This document shows, piece after piece, positions 10,382 through 19,988 of a stretch of DNA of 64,000 nucleotides. Position 1 is the stretch's first letter. Each line of letters opens with the position of its first letter. The stretch is taken from NCBI GenBank assembly GCA_963711835.1, contig CAVQFQ010000017.1:96001-160000 (forward strand), read 5' to 3'. Both the position numbers and the translations under genes were made by a program. Under the pieces are notes generated by a model. That model saw only the letters and a list, made by a program, of their open reading frames with translations, was not told the origin of the DNA and searched no databases. The stretch comes from an uncultured delta proteobacterium. Lineage in GTDB: Bacteria; Desulfobacterota; RBG-13-43-22.

Positions 10382-11045
10382 AACGGCCCTGGAACGAGGG
10401 CAAAAGGCCCTCTCGGAAACCCAGTCCAAAAAGCTGTTAGGCACTTACGGAATCCCCATTACCCGGGAAGAAATAGCCCGAAGCGCGGATGAAGCCGCAG
10501 CCCTGGCCGAAGGCCTCGGGTACCCGGTGGTCCTGAAAGCCTGTTCGCCGGAATTGATGCATAAAACCGAAGCCGGGGGTGTAGAAATCGGGCTCAAGTG
10601 CGCCTCCGAAGTCCGGGAGGCCTATCAGCGGATTAGCGGCTTGGTCCGAGTGCCCCTGGAAGGCATCCTGGTGCAGGAGATGGTCCGGGGCCCCCGGGAG
10701 CTGGTCTTAGGTTTGACCCGCGATGCCCAGTTTGGTCCCTGCGTCATGTTCGGACTGGGAGGCCTGATGACCGAGATCCTCAACGACACGGTTTTTCGGG
10801 TGGCCCCGTTGAATGCCGCTGAGGCCCTGGAAATGATGCAGGAAATAAGGTCCAAAGCGATTTTGGGTCCCTTTCGGGGCCAGGCCGCGGCTGACCTTTC
10901 GACCCTTGGACGATCCCTGATCGCCCTGGGGCAAATCGGGCTGGAAAACCCGGCTGTGGCCGAAATCGACATTAATCCCATGATGATTGATCCCGAAGGG
11001 CGGGTGAAGGCCGTGGATGCCCTGGTGGTGCTGCATGGAGAGTGA
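10368..11045 (+). CDS. ADP-forming acetate/acyl-CoA ligase, ATP-grasp (beta) subunit
   Basis: GYPVVLK, HKTEAGGV, FGPCVMFGLGG, EIDINP and AVDA. Confidence 0.9.
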   Translation: MELIRTALERGQKALSETQSKKLLGTYGIPITREEIARSADEAAALAEGLGYPVVLKACSPELMHKTEAGGVEIGLKCASEVREAYQRISGLVRVPLEGILVQEMVRGPRELVLGLTRDAQFGPCVMFGLGGLMTEILNDTVFRVAPLNAAEALEMMQEIRSKAILGPFRGQAAADLSTLGRSLIALGQIGLENPAVAEIDINPMMIDPEGRVKAVDALVVLHGE

Positions 11046-12522
11046 GAGGACTGAAACCCACCACCAGCATCCTCTTTATTCCATGGTTCACCCCCGGAGC
11101 ATCGCCTTTTTCGGGGCCTCGAACCGATTTACCGCCATGGGCACCAACCAGCTCCATTCGTTGTTGTCGCTGGGATTTGAGGGAACCATCTATCCGGTAC
11201 ACCCCAAAGAAGACCAGGTTTTGGGTTTAAAGGCCTACCGGGATGTTATGGATCTGCCCGAAGTCCCGGATCTGGCGGTGATGGTCCTGCCCACGGCGGT
11301 TGTGCCGGAAACGCTTGAAAAATGCGGCCGTAAAGGGATCCGCCGGGCGGTTATCGTTTCCGGCGGGTTTAAAGAGGTCGGCGGTTCGGGAATGGATCTT
11401 GAAAAAGAACTGCTGGCCATCGCCGCTCATTACGGCATCCGCTTCCTGGGTCCGAACTGCCTGGGGGTGGTGAATCCTCATCACCGCTTCAATATGACTT
11501 TTTTGCCGTTTACCGGAAAGGCCGGATTCATCGGATTTGCTTCCCAGAGCGGAAGCTTTGTCACCCAGATGTTCGATTATCTGGCCGAGGTCGGATTGGG
11601 CTTTTCAACCGCTCTCAGCGTCGGCAACGAGGCTAATATCGACTTGGTGGACTGCCTGGACTACCTGGCCGGCTGCCCCCGAACCAAAGTGATCGGCATT
11701 TATATCGAAGCGATTCGCCGGGGCCGGGCTTTCCTGGAAGCCGCCCGAAGGATTGCCCCCCATAAGCCTATTGTGGCCTATTACGCAGGCGGGTCCGAGG
11801 CCGGCAAACGGGCCGGATTCTCCCATACCGGCGCCCTGGCCGGTCCGGACCGGCTTTACGACGGGGTCTTCAAACAAAGCGGGGTCATCCGGGCCAATTC
11901 CATGACCGAACTCTTCGATTTTTGCGGAGTCCTGGGTTCCTGTCCGCTACCCCGGGGAAACCGGTTGATTATCCTGACCCACTCAGGAGGGCCGGGCGCC
12001 ACGGCGGCCGACGCCTGCGGCCGAGCCGGGTTGGCCCTGACGGATTTCTCCCGGGAAACGATTGCCGGCATCGGTCCTTTCATGCCCCAGACCGGGAGTC
12101 TGAACAACCCCGTGGACCTTACCTTTACCAAAAACATGCAGGACTATTTTGAACGGATCCCAGAAGTACTCCTGAATGATCCCAACGCCGACGGCCTGTT
12201 GATTTATATAATTCTGTCCGATCCCTTATTACGGCGCCCCCTGCTGCATATGGGGGTTCCTGAAGAAGCCATACAGGACCAGATTGACCCTCTTATTGAA
12301 GAACTGGTTAAGACCGTCATGAAGCTGCCGGAGACTTCTCACAAACCGGTGATCGGCTATTCCTTCCGGTCCCACTTCGACCGGCTGATTCGGATCCTTC
12401 AGAACAGAGGTTTCCCGGTGCTGCCCTCTCCGGAACGGGCCGCCAGGGCCATGGCCGCCCTGGTACGATATGGCCAGGTCAGAGAGAAACTGGCCAGGAG
12501 CCAGGTGCCGTTAACGGGTTGA
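11035..12522 (+). CDS. ADP-forming acetate/acyl-CoA ligase, CoA-binding (alpha) subunit
   Basis: PRSIAFFGAS, LGPNCLG, SQSG, SHTGALAG (phospho-His) and NPVDL. Confidence 0.9.
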   Translation: MESERTETHHQHPLYSMVHPRSIAFFGASNRFTAMGTNQLHSLLSLGFEGTIYPVHPKEDQVLGLKAYRDVMDLPEVPDLAVMVLPTAVVPETLEKCGRKGIRRAVIVSGGFKEVGGSGMDLEKELLAIAAHYGIRFLGPNCLGVVNPHHRFNMTFLPFTGKAGFIGFASQSGSFVTQMFDYLAEVGLGFSTALSVGNEANIDLVDCLDYLAGCPRTKVIGIYIEAIRRGRAFLEAARRIAPHKPIVAYYAGGSEAGKRAGFSHTGALAGPDRLYDGVFKQSGVIRANSMTELFDFCGVLGSCPLPRGNRLIILTHSGGPGATAADACGRAGLALTDFSRETIAGIGPFMPQTGSLNNPVDLTFTKNMQDYFERIPEVLLNDPNADGLLIYIILSDPLLRRPLLHMGVPEEAIQDQIDPLIEELVKTVMKLPETSHKPVIGYSFRSHFDRLIRILQNRGFPVLPSPERAARAMAALVRYGQVREKLARSQVPLTG

Positions 12523-12716
12523 GGCGCTCGGGCGTTATAACGGAACTGCCGGAGTCTGCGGCCTCCTGGGTTTTTACAGAAAAAAGGTCTCCGCCTCAAG
12601 CGGACCAGGCCTGCGAATCTGAGGAATGAGGTCCGCCGCAGCGGACAGATGGACTTTTTGCGAAGGCGTCATCTTTGATGGAGGAATAAAGCCCAAATAG
12701 ACACAAGGAGGGACCA

Positions 12717-12905
12717 ATGGGAAGTCGCCCCGGATTTCATAAGAGTGAAAAAAGGCGGAAGGAGTTGACCCGCCAGAAGAAGAAAGAGGAGAAGGCCCAG
12801 CGCCGTCTGAATAAGGCTGCTGCCGGACCGGAAGGCCAGGAACCGGGATCGGAAACGCCGGAGACGGAAGAAGGGACCGAAAGCCGGGAAGACCCGACCT
12901 CCTGA
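12717..12905 (+). CDS. Small protein with basic N-terminus and acidic tail
   Basis: AAGGAGG RBS; KSEKRRKELTRQKKKEEKAQRR helix followed by an E/P-rich tail. Confidence 0.65.
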   Translation: MGSRPGFHKSEKRRKELTRQKKKEEKAQRRLNKAAAGPEGQEPGSETPETEEGTESREDPTS

Positions 12906-12942
12906 ACCCGCTTTCCGGGCCGGCAAGAGTTGAGGTTAAATC

Positions 12943-13440
12943 GTGGCTGATATATTGTGTTTTTTTAGAAATCGGTGCACCACTGTCGAACAGATGGATG
13001 ACCAGACCCTTAAGGCGTCTTGTCGGCTCCAGGATCCTCTGCTGGAAGCCTGGGTGGAGATTTTGGTAAAACTGCCCGATCTTGAGATTGCCCGGGCCGG
13101 GGGCGCCATTATTCGATCCCTCGGAAAAACGGAACTCGAGGCCGACGAAGCTCTTAAAAACGTGGTCGGGATTCGGGTGGGACCGGGACTGAGAAAGATC
13201 CTGAAAGGGGTCATGGGCAGCTCCGCGCTTCATGAGCAGTTGACCTTTATGGTGGAGGAATGCTGCGGCAGCGTTATCCTGTCTTTCACCAAAGATGTCC
13301 TGGCTCAGGCCCCTAAAGACAGCCTGAAGGAAAAAGAGCATTTCTGGCATGTGGTGCGGTCAAATCCAAGATTGTATAATAGCTGTGCCGCGTTTGCGCC
13401 CGGCAGTCCTCTGGTGGAGGGGATTGAACCGCCCCGGTAA
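12943..13440 (+). CDS. DUF2889-like protein
   Basis: FRNR N-terminus, VGPGLRK and LYNSCAAF resemble DUF2889 (recognition by eye). Confidence 0.6.
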   Translation: MADILCFFRNRCTTVEQMDDQTLKASCRLQDPLLEAWVEILVKLPDLEIARAGGAIIRSLGKTELEADEALKNVVGIRVGPGLRKILKGVMGSSALHEQLTFMVEECCGSVILSFTKDVLAQAPKDSLKEKEHFWHVVRSNPRLYNSCAAFAPGSPLVEGIEPPR

Positions 13441-13502
13441 GAGGACACCCCCTTTATGAGGAGGGCCTTTCATACGGCAATGGTTTCGAGGCTGGCAGCA
13501 TA

Positions 13503-14678
13503 ATGTTGAAGTTCGCCCGCAATAAATTGGTCAGCGTTTTCCAAAAAGACCAGGACACGCTTTTGGTTCATGGCCTTATGGAAGATGATATCTATGGCCT
13601 GGAGGTCGATGTGGCCTGGCGCCTGTCCGATCTGGAGATCGTATCCATTGACGGCAAATGGAAAAGGGCGGAAAATGCCTACTGTTCCCGAGGCATCCCT
13701 TTTCTGCAAGAAGCCGTCGGGTTCCGCCTGGACGAAGGGTTCCGCCAGAGAGTACAAAAAATTATCGGTCGGAAGGTCTGCCGGCATTTTGCCGACATCC
13801 TCCTCGAATGCGGCGATGTCGCCAGGGATGCGGCACTGGTCATCCGCGGCGAAACGGAAAGGGCCCTGACGCCCGATCCGGCCTTTGAAAAGGACCGTCT
13901 TAGGGACCGGGATAAATCGGCACTTCCTCCCGACCGGCAGGGCCTTTCAGCGGATCGCCCTCTCAAGGCTGAAGCAATCGGTCCGGTTGTTGCTGAAACG
14001 GTGAAGTCCGGGAAGGGGATGGTCATAGATCTTCATGTACACACCTCTCCGGCCTCTCCCTGCAGTTCGGTGACGGTGGCTGAACTCATACAAGAAGCCA
14101 AAAAAATAGGCCTCGACGGGTTCTGTCTGACCGATCATAACCATGTCTGGGATTCCAACGAGGTGGCGGATCTCAGGGAAAAACACCGGTTCCTCATCCT
14201 GAGAGGAAACGAAATTACGACCGATCAGGGAGACATGGTCGTCTTTGGTCTGGAAAAAGAGATCAAGGGGATCATTAAACTGGAGGAGCTCCGAAAGGAA
14301 GTCTTAATGGCCGGCGGCTTCATAATCGTGGCCCATCCCTTCCGGGGGTTTTTGACCTTCGGGGTGGGCCGGCTTGGACTGACTCCGGAAAAGGCCATGG
14401 AAAGACCCCTTTTCAAGTTGGTGGACGCAGTGGAAGTTATGAACAGCAAAGTCACGGAAAAGGAAAATACCTTTGCGGCCCGGGTGGCCGCGGGGCTGGG
14501 CCTGCCCGCCACGGGGGGAAGCGATGCCCACGAGGTTTCGGCCTTGGGGATCTATGCCACCCGGTTTCCCCGGGTCATTAAGGACGAAAAGGACCTTGTT
14601 GACGCCCTTAAGGGCAGACCATACACGCCGGTCGCCTTCCGGAGGGAAAGGAGTGCCTTGCATGGAAGCACCCCCTAA
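13503..14678 (+). CDS. DUF2889-like domain fused to a PHP phosphoesterase domain
   Basis: PHP motifs IDLHVHT, TDHN, AHP and GGSDAH; N-terminal domain resembles the upstream gene. Confidence 0.8.
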   Translation: MLKFARNKLVSVFQKDQDTLLVHGLMEDDIYGLEVDVAWRLSDLEIVSIDGKWKRAENAYCSRGIPFLQEAVGFRLDEGFRQRVQKIIGRKVCRHFADILLECGDVARDAALVIRGETERALTPDPAFEKDRLRDRDKSALPPDRQGLSADRPLKAEAIGPVVAETVKSGKGMVIDLHVHTSPASPCSSVTVAELIQEAKKIGLDGFCLTDHNHVWDSNEVADLREKHRFLILRGNEITTDQGDMVVFGLEKEIKGIIKLEELRKEVLMAGGFIIVAHPFRGFLTFGVGRLGLTPEKAMERPLFKLVDAVEVMNSKVTEKENTFAARVAAGLGLPATGGSDAHEVSALGIYATRFPRVIKDEKDLVDALKGRPYTPVAFRRERSALHGSTP

Positions 14679-16077
14679 CTGGGAAAAAGTAGTCAGGAGA
14701 ATGGAAACCTTACTGCGTCTGAAGTCCTTTCCGGTGGCCTTCAAGATGCTGGAGAAAAGGGAGGAGCTGAATTCTATTCCTTTCTTGCGCCGGGCCCAGG
14801 GCAAGAGGACCCTCTGTCAACTCATTACCCTGGTCAGAAATTTCGACTGGACCGTGGGGGCGGAACAAGAAGATTTTCTTTCGCCCATGTGCCCCTCCAT
14901 CATCGGCCTGAGCGACACCCCGGCCGTCTTCAAGGACGGCACCTTTCGCAGCATTGTCTGGGTCAAAACCAAAGCGGACGGCCGGAAATTTGAAGCCGCC
15001 ATCCCCCGCCTCCCCCTGGGTAAATATCAGGCCCTGGCCATGGCTCCTTTGGTCTACAATCCCTTTGAGCCGGACCTGGTCCTCCTCTACGCCAATCCGG
15101 CCCAAATGATCCTGTTGATCAATGCCCTGCAATTTGAAGACTATGAGGTCCTGCAGTTCTACTGCGTCGGGGAATCCTCCTGTTCGGATGCCATTGCCCG
15201 ATGCTATCTGACCGGAAAACCCTCCTTGACCATTCCCTGTTATGGGGAACGCCGCTATGGGCACGCCCAGGATGAAGATTTGGTGATGGCCATCCCGGCC
15301 GGGATGATGGCCAAGGTCCTGCGAGGCCTGGAAGCACTTTACCGGCGAGGCATTCGCTACCCGATCAGTTTTGCCGGGGCTGAGCAGGATTTGACGACCG
15401 CCTTTCCCATGTCCTATGGCGGCCTGCATCGCCTGGAGGCCCTTCGGGGAAATGACCGGCGCCTGCTTCTGGGGGTGACCGGGGGAATCGCCACGGGGAA
15501 AAGCACGGTGGTGAACCTGCTGAAAGAATTCGGCGCCCCGGTTATTGACTTTGACCTCATCGCCCGGGAAGTGGTCGAGCCGGAAAAACCGGCCTGGAAG
15601 GATATTGTGGCCTATTTCGGGGAGCAGGTCCTCCAGGAAGACCGGCAGTTGGACCGGAAAAAATTATCGGATATTGTTTTCCGGGACCTTGAAAAAAGGA
15701 AGAAACTGGAAAGCTTTACCCATCCGCGGATTAATGAGGAATTCGTCAAACAATTAAAGGCCATCGTGGAGAAAGATCCGGGGGCCATCATTCAGGTGGA
15801 CATTCCCCTGTTGATCGAACTGAATCTCCAGTATATGTTTCACAAAACCCTGGTGGTTTATGTCCCAATGGAAAAGCAGGTGGAACGGCTCATGGCCAGG
15901 GACGGGATCACGCAAGAAGAGGCCGCCGATCGGCTTAAGGCCCAGTTGCCCATTGAGGAAAAGGTGGGCTATGCCGATTTTGTAATCCATAACGAAGGAT
16001 CCCTGGAGGAAACGCGAAGGCAGGCCGAAGAGCTGTGGCAGACCTTAAAAAAAGTCCAGGAAGAAAAGACCTCCTGA
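14662..16077 (+). CDS. coaE: DUF169-like domain fused to dephospho-CoA kinase
   Basis: C-terminal [28 protein letters not shown] and ADFVIHN; N-terminal Cys-rich LCQ...CP...SCSD...PCYGER; AAGGAG before ATG 14662. Confidence 0.85.
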   Translation: MEAPPNWEKVVRRMETLLRLKSFPVAFKMLEKREELNSIPFLRRAQGKRTLCQLITLVRNFDWTVGAEQEDFLSPMCPSIIGLSDTPAVFKDGTFRSIVWVKTKADGRKFEAAIPRLPLGKYQALAMAPLVYNPFEPDLVLLYANPAQMILLINALQFEDYEVLQFYCVGESSCSDAIARCYLTGKPSLTIPCYGERRYGHAQDEDLVMAIPAGMMAKVLRGLEALYRRGIRYPISFAGAEQDLTTAFPMSYGGLHRLEALRGNDRRLLLGVTGGIATGKSTVVNLLKEFGAPVIDFDLIAREVVEPEKPAWKDIVAYFGEQVLQEDRQLDRKKLSDIVFRDLEKRKKLESFTHPRINEEFVKQLKAIVEKDPGAIIQVDIPLLIELNLQYMFHKTLVVYVPMEKQVERLMARDGITQEEAADRLKAQLPIEEKVGYADFVIHNEGSLEETRRQAEELWQTLKKVQEEKTS

Positions 16078-16108
16078 ACCAGCCGCTTTGAAAGAGAGGA
16101 GAACAGCC

Positions 16109-17314
16109 ATGTTTTTTGAATTTTCCGACCGGGCCAGGGAACTCCAGGACCGGGTCAGGTCCTTTATGGACCGCACCATTTACCCCAACGAGGGGACCTT
16201 CTGTAAACAGCGCGATGAGGGCGACCGCTGGGAACCCCTGCCCCTCATGGAAGAACTGAAAAAGAAGGCCCAGGCCGAAGGCCTTTGGAACCTCTTCCTG
16301 CCTGAAAGCGAATACGGAGCCGGGCTGACCAACTACGAGTACGCACCCCTCTGTGAGATCATGGGCCGCTCCCCCTGGGCGCCGGAGGTCTTTAACTGCT
16401 CGGCCCCCGACACCGGCAACATGGAGACCCTGGTCCGCTACGGCAATGAAGACCAGAAGGAAAAGTGGCTCAAGCCTTTGCTGGAAGGAAAGATCCGTTC
16501 CGCCTTCTGCATGACCGAACCCGATGTGGCTTCCTCGGACGCCACCAACATCCAGGCCGCCATTGTTCGGGAAGGGGACGACTACGTGCTCAACGGCACC
16601 AAGTGGTGGGCTTCGGGCGGCGGCGACCCCCGCTGCCGGATATACATTTTCATGGGCAAGACCGACCCCCAGGGGCCGAAACACCGGCAGCAGTCCATGA
16701 TCCTGGTGCCCCGCGATACCCCCGGGGTAACAGTCCTTCGCAACCTCTCCGTTTTCGGCTATGACAGCGCCCCCCACGGGCACGCCCACATTCGCTTCGA
16801 AAACGTCCGGGTTCCGGCCGCCAACATGCTGCTTGGCGAGGGGCGCGGTTTCGAGATCGCCCAGGGACGCCTCGGGCCGGGGCGCATTCACCATTGCATG
16901 CGGACCATCGGCGTGGCCGAGCGGGCACTGGAGGAACTCATCAGGCGCGCCCGGTCCCGGGTAGCCTTTGGGAAACCGTTGGCCGAGATGGGATCGATCC
17001 GGCAGGATATCGCCCGATCCCGTATCGAAATCGACCAGGCCCGCCTTCTGACCCTGCAAGCCGCTTATATGATGGATACGGTCGGGAACAAGGTGGCCCG
17101 CAATGAAATCGCCATGATCAAGGTCGTCGCCCCCAATATGGCCTTGAAGGTCCTGGATCGGGCCATCCAGGTTCACGGCGGCCAGGGGGTTTCTTCGGAT
17201 ACCTGGCTGGCCGATGCCTGGGCCCATATTCGCACCTTGCGTCTGGCTGACGGGCCGGACGAAGTCCACCTGGAGACCATTGCCCGGTTGGAACTGAAGA
17301 AACAGGCCGGATAG
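16109..17314 (+). CDS. Acyl-CoA dehydrogenase, ACAD10/11 / LvaC-like
   Basis: [41 protein letters not shown] and [10 protein letters not shown]. Confidence 0.92.
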   Translation: MFFEFSDRARELQDRVRSFMDRTIYPNEGTFCKQRDEGDRWEPLPLMEELKKKAQAEGLWNLFLPESEYGAGLTNYEYAPLCEIMGRSPWAPEVFNCSAPDTGNMETLVRYGNEDQKEKWLKPLLEGKIRSAFCMTEPDVASSDATNIQAAIVREGDDYVLNGTKWWASGGGDPRCRIYIFMGKTDPQGPKHRQQSMILVPRDTPGVTVLRNLSVFGYDSAPHGHAHIRFENVRVPAANMLLGEGRGFEIAQGRLGPGRIHHCMRTIGVAERALEELIRRARSRVAFGKPLAEMGSIRQDIARSRIEIDQARLLTLQAAYMMDTVGNKVARNEIAMIKVVAPNMALKVLDRAIQVHGGQGVSSDTWLADAWAHIRTLRLADGPDEVHLETIARLELKKQAG

Positions 17315-17327
17315 AAACAGAATAAAT

Positions 17328-17808
17328 TTTTTGCCACCGACAAAACAGGACGGGTGGGCGAACCGCCCACCAACCCGTCAGCGCCTTTGGCGAATGATAA
17401 TGATTTAGTATCGTTCAAAAGTTGTGGCACTAGCGCATTATGGCCTGACTGGGAACCGGGGGTCTCGATTTCAAGGCTTGTCCAAAGGGTGATCCTTCCC
17501 GCCAATCCGGCCCAGGTTTCTAAGGTTGTTTAGAGCCGGGCATTCACCCAACCGAACAAACAGCTTTGGTGTAGGCCTACTTAAGGCATTATCGTCAACC
17601 TTCCAGCCCGGTTTCAACGTGAGGAGTTTATGGTGGACAACCTTGAAATCGAGACCCCCGGTTCCCTTCCATCGGGTATTAGAAATATAAACCCACAACT
17701 TTTGAACGATGCCAATGATTTTCAACTCGCCAAGCGAAGGCTGTTTTTGACCGGCGGGGTTCGCCGGTCAAAATAATAGGTCCGTTTTTGTCTGAGTGGC
17801 TGTGGCTA
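17328..17808. repeat. REP-like multi-hairpin element interrupted by MITE copy C
   Basis: TTTTTGCCACCGACAAA...GTCAGCGCCTTTGGCG and CTCGCCAAGCG match the reverse complement of 21581-21683. Confidence 0.65.
17407..17713. mobile_element. Nested MITE-like element copy C (shell type 2, 307 bp; core 17458-17659)
   Basis: TIR AGTATCGTTCAAAAGTTGTGG / CCACAACTTTTGAACGATGCC; perfect 8-bp direct repeat AATGATTT at 17399-17406 and 17714-17721. Confidence 0.88.
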
Positions 17809-17813
17809 AGAAA

Positions 17814-18869
17814 ATGATCCAAGCAGAAGAGATTGTTCCGGTGAGGGAGGCCCATCGCCTGAACGTTAAAGCCCTGGCCGATTACCTCAAACAATCACTG
17901 AAGGGTTTCTCGGGTGATCTGACGGTTCAGCAGTTCGGGTACGGCCAGTCCAATCCCACCTTCCTGCTTTCCAGCGCCGGAAAGGAGTATGTGCTCCGTA
18001 AAAAGCCGCCGGGAAAACTGCTTCCCTCGGCCCATGCCGTTGAGCGGGAATACCGGGTGATCAAGGCCATGAAAGGGGCCGGCGTCCCGGTTCCCGAACC
18101 CTTTCATCTGTGTGAAGACCCATCGGTGATCGGAACGGCTTTTTATCTGATGGAGCGCGTCAAAGGCAGGATCTTCCGAGATCCGATAGCCTCCGAGGCC
18201 CGGGATGCCCGGGAACGGTCGTCCATCTTTGAGGCCATGAATGAAACCCTGGCCAAGATCCATGGCCTGGATTGGAAGGCCGCCGGGCTGTCCGATTTCG
18301 GGAAACCGGGCAATTATATGGCCCGTCAGGTAAGCCGCTGGTCAAGACAATATGAAGCGGCCAAGACCGAGCCGCTTGAGAGCATGGACCTTTTAATCTC
18401 CTGGCTCGGTGAACACATCCCCGGCGATGAAATGGCCGCGGTGGTTCATGGGGATTTCCGTCTTGAAAATACGATCTTTCACCCCAGGGAACCCCGCATC
18501 CTGGCTGTCCTGGATTGGGAGCTTTCCACGCTTGGCCATCCCCTGGCGGACCTGGCTTACAATTGTATGGGTTACCACCTTCCCGCCGGCGGGGGAAAAG
18601 GTTCCGGATACCTGGGGCTGGATCTGAAAGAACTGGGCATCCCTTCAGAAGCCGAGTATCTGGCTGCCTACTGCCGCCGCACCGGCCGGGAGTCCATCCC
18701 CGATTGGGATTTTTTCATGGCCTTCAGCATGTTCCGGCTGGCGGCCATTGTCCAGGGGGTCTATAAACGGGGATTGGATGGGAATGCCAGTTCCGACCAG
18801 GCTATGACCTACGGCGTCTATGCCCGCTACCTGGCGGAAACGGCCTGGCAAATGGTTGCCAATCAGTAA
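17814..18869 (+). CDS. APH-fold kinase, ACAD10/11 N-terminal / LvaA-like
   Basis: GQSNPTF, LRKKPPG, SAHAVEREY, HGDFRLEN and LDWELSTLG. Confidence 0.9.
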   Translation: MIQAEEIVPVREAHRLNVKALADYLKQSLKGFSGDLTVQQFGYGQSNPTFLLSSAGKEYVLRKKPPGKLLPSAHAVEREYRVIKAMKGAGVPVPEPFHLCEDPSVIGTAFYLMERVKGRIFRDPIASEARDARERSSIFEAMNETLAKIHGLDWKAAGLSDFGKPGNYMARQVSRWSRQYEAAKTEPLESMDLLISWLGEHIPGDEMAAVVHGDFRLENTIFHPREPRILAVLDWELSTLGHPLADLAYNCMGYHLPAGGGKGSGYLGLDLKELGIPSEAEYLAAYCRRTGRESIPDWDFFMAFSMFRLAAIVQGVYKRGLDGNASSDQAMTYGVYARYLAETAWQMVANQ

Positions 18870-18904
18870 TCGGCATCAAAGCGATTCAAACGAAAGAGAT
18901 TATC

Positions 18905-19702
18905 ATGGAAAAAACGAGACGTTTAGAAGGCAAAGTGGCCGTCATCACCGGGGCTGCCAGCGGCATCGGCCGGGCCACGGCCGTACTTTTTGCAAGAGAG
19001 GGGGCCCGGCTGGTCCTGGCCGACCTTCAGGAGGCGCAGCTTGAGGAAACCCTGGCCCTGATAAAAAAAGAAGGCGGTGAAGCGGCCATCAAACGGGTGG
19101 ATGTTTCGATCGAACAGGAGGTCAAGGATCTTATCGACCTGGGCCTGCAAACCTACGGGCAGATCGATATTCTCTGCAACAATGCCGGTATTACCGGGCA
19201 GTTGACCGGGCTGGAGGAGCAGGAGGCTGAGGACTGGAAAAAAGTTCTTGAGGTCAACCTGCTGGGGGCGGTCTTGGCGACCAAACACGTGGCCCGGCAC
19301 ATGCAGGAACGGCGGTCCGGCGCCATCGTGAATACGGCCTCGGTGGCCGGTATTCGCTCCGGGGCCGGGGGCAACGCCTACAGCGCCAGCAAGGCGGCTC
19401 TGATTAATTTCACCCAGACCTCGGCCTGCGACCTGGGCGGTCACAATGTCCGGGTGAATGCCGTCTGCCCCGGGCTGATTGAAACAAAAATGACCCAGCC
19501 GGTCTTTGACTATGCCCGTGCCAAAGGCAAAGAGGATAAATTGGGGAGCCGCTGTGAATTGAGGCGCTACGGGCGGCCGGAGGAAATCGCCACCGCCATC
19601 CTTTTTCTGGCCAGCGATGAAGCCAGCTTCATAACCGGCCAGGCCCTGGCCGTGGATGGCGGCAATACCGCTTCGCTGAATCTGCCCGGGATGAAATTCT
19701 AA
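18905..19702 (+). CDS. Short-chain dehydrogenase/reductase
   Basis: TGAASGIG, NNAG, YSASK and VDGG. Confidence 0.93.
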   Translation: MEKTRRLEGKVAVITGAASGIGRATAVLFAREGARLVLADLQEAQLEETLALIKKEGGEAAIKRVDVSIEQEVKDLIDLGLQTYGQIDILCNNAGITGQLTGLEEQEAEDWKKVLEVNLLGAVLATKHVARHMQERRSGAIVNTASVAGIRSGAGGNAYSASKAALINFTQTSACDLGGHNVRVNAVCPGLIETKMTQPVFDYARAKGKEDKLGSRCELRRYGRPEEIATAILFLASDEASFITGQALAVDGGNTASLNLPGMKF

Positions 19703-19768
19703 GCGGGCCTCACGGGATCATTATAACCGGGTGGAAATTAAGTAAGGTGTCCCCCTATTAGCTTTCTC

Positions 19769-19799
19769 TTGACTTCTTAAATTTTATCATGATAAAATT
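19769..19799 (+). promoter_or_regulatory. Putative promoter overlapped by a perfect 20-bp palindrome
   Basis: TTGACT-18 bp-TAAAAT; AATTTTATCATGATAAAATT at 19780-19799. Confidence 0.5.
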
Positions 19800-19988
19800 C
19801 TTACAAAAATAGGTATTGTTCTTTTAAGAGGTTGTTCAGTAAAAAAAGACCTCCGCTCTATAATTCATTGAATCCAATATGATGCAAAGGGTCCTTCCCT
19901 CGGACGTCGGTTTTCGGGAAAGGAATCGTTTTTTCGATTTATTTTATAACGGCATTCGGTTTGGTTTTAAGTGAAAGGAGGCTGTACC

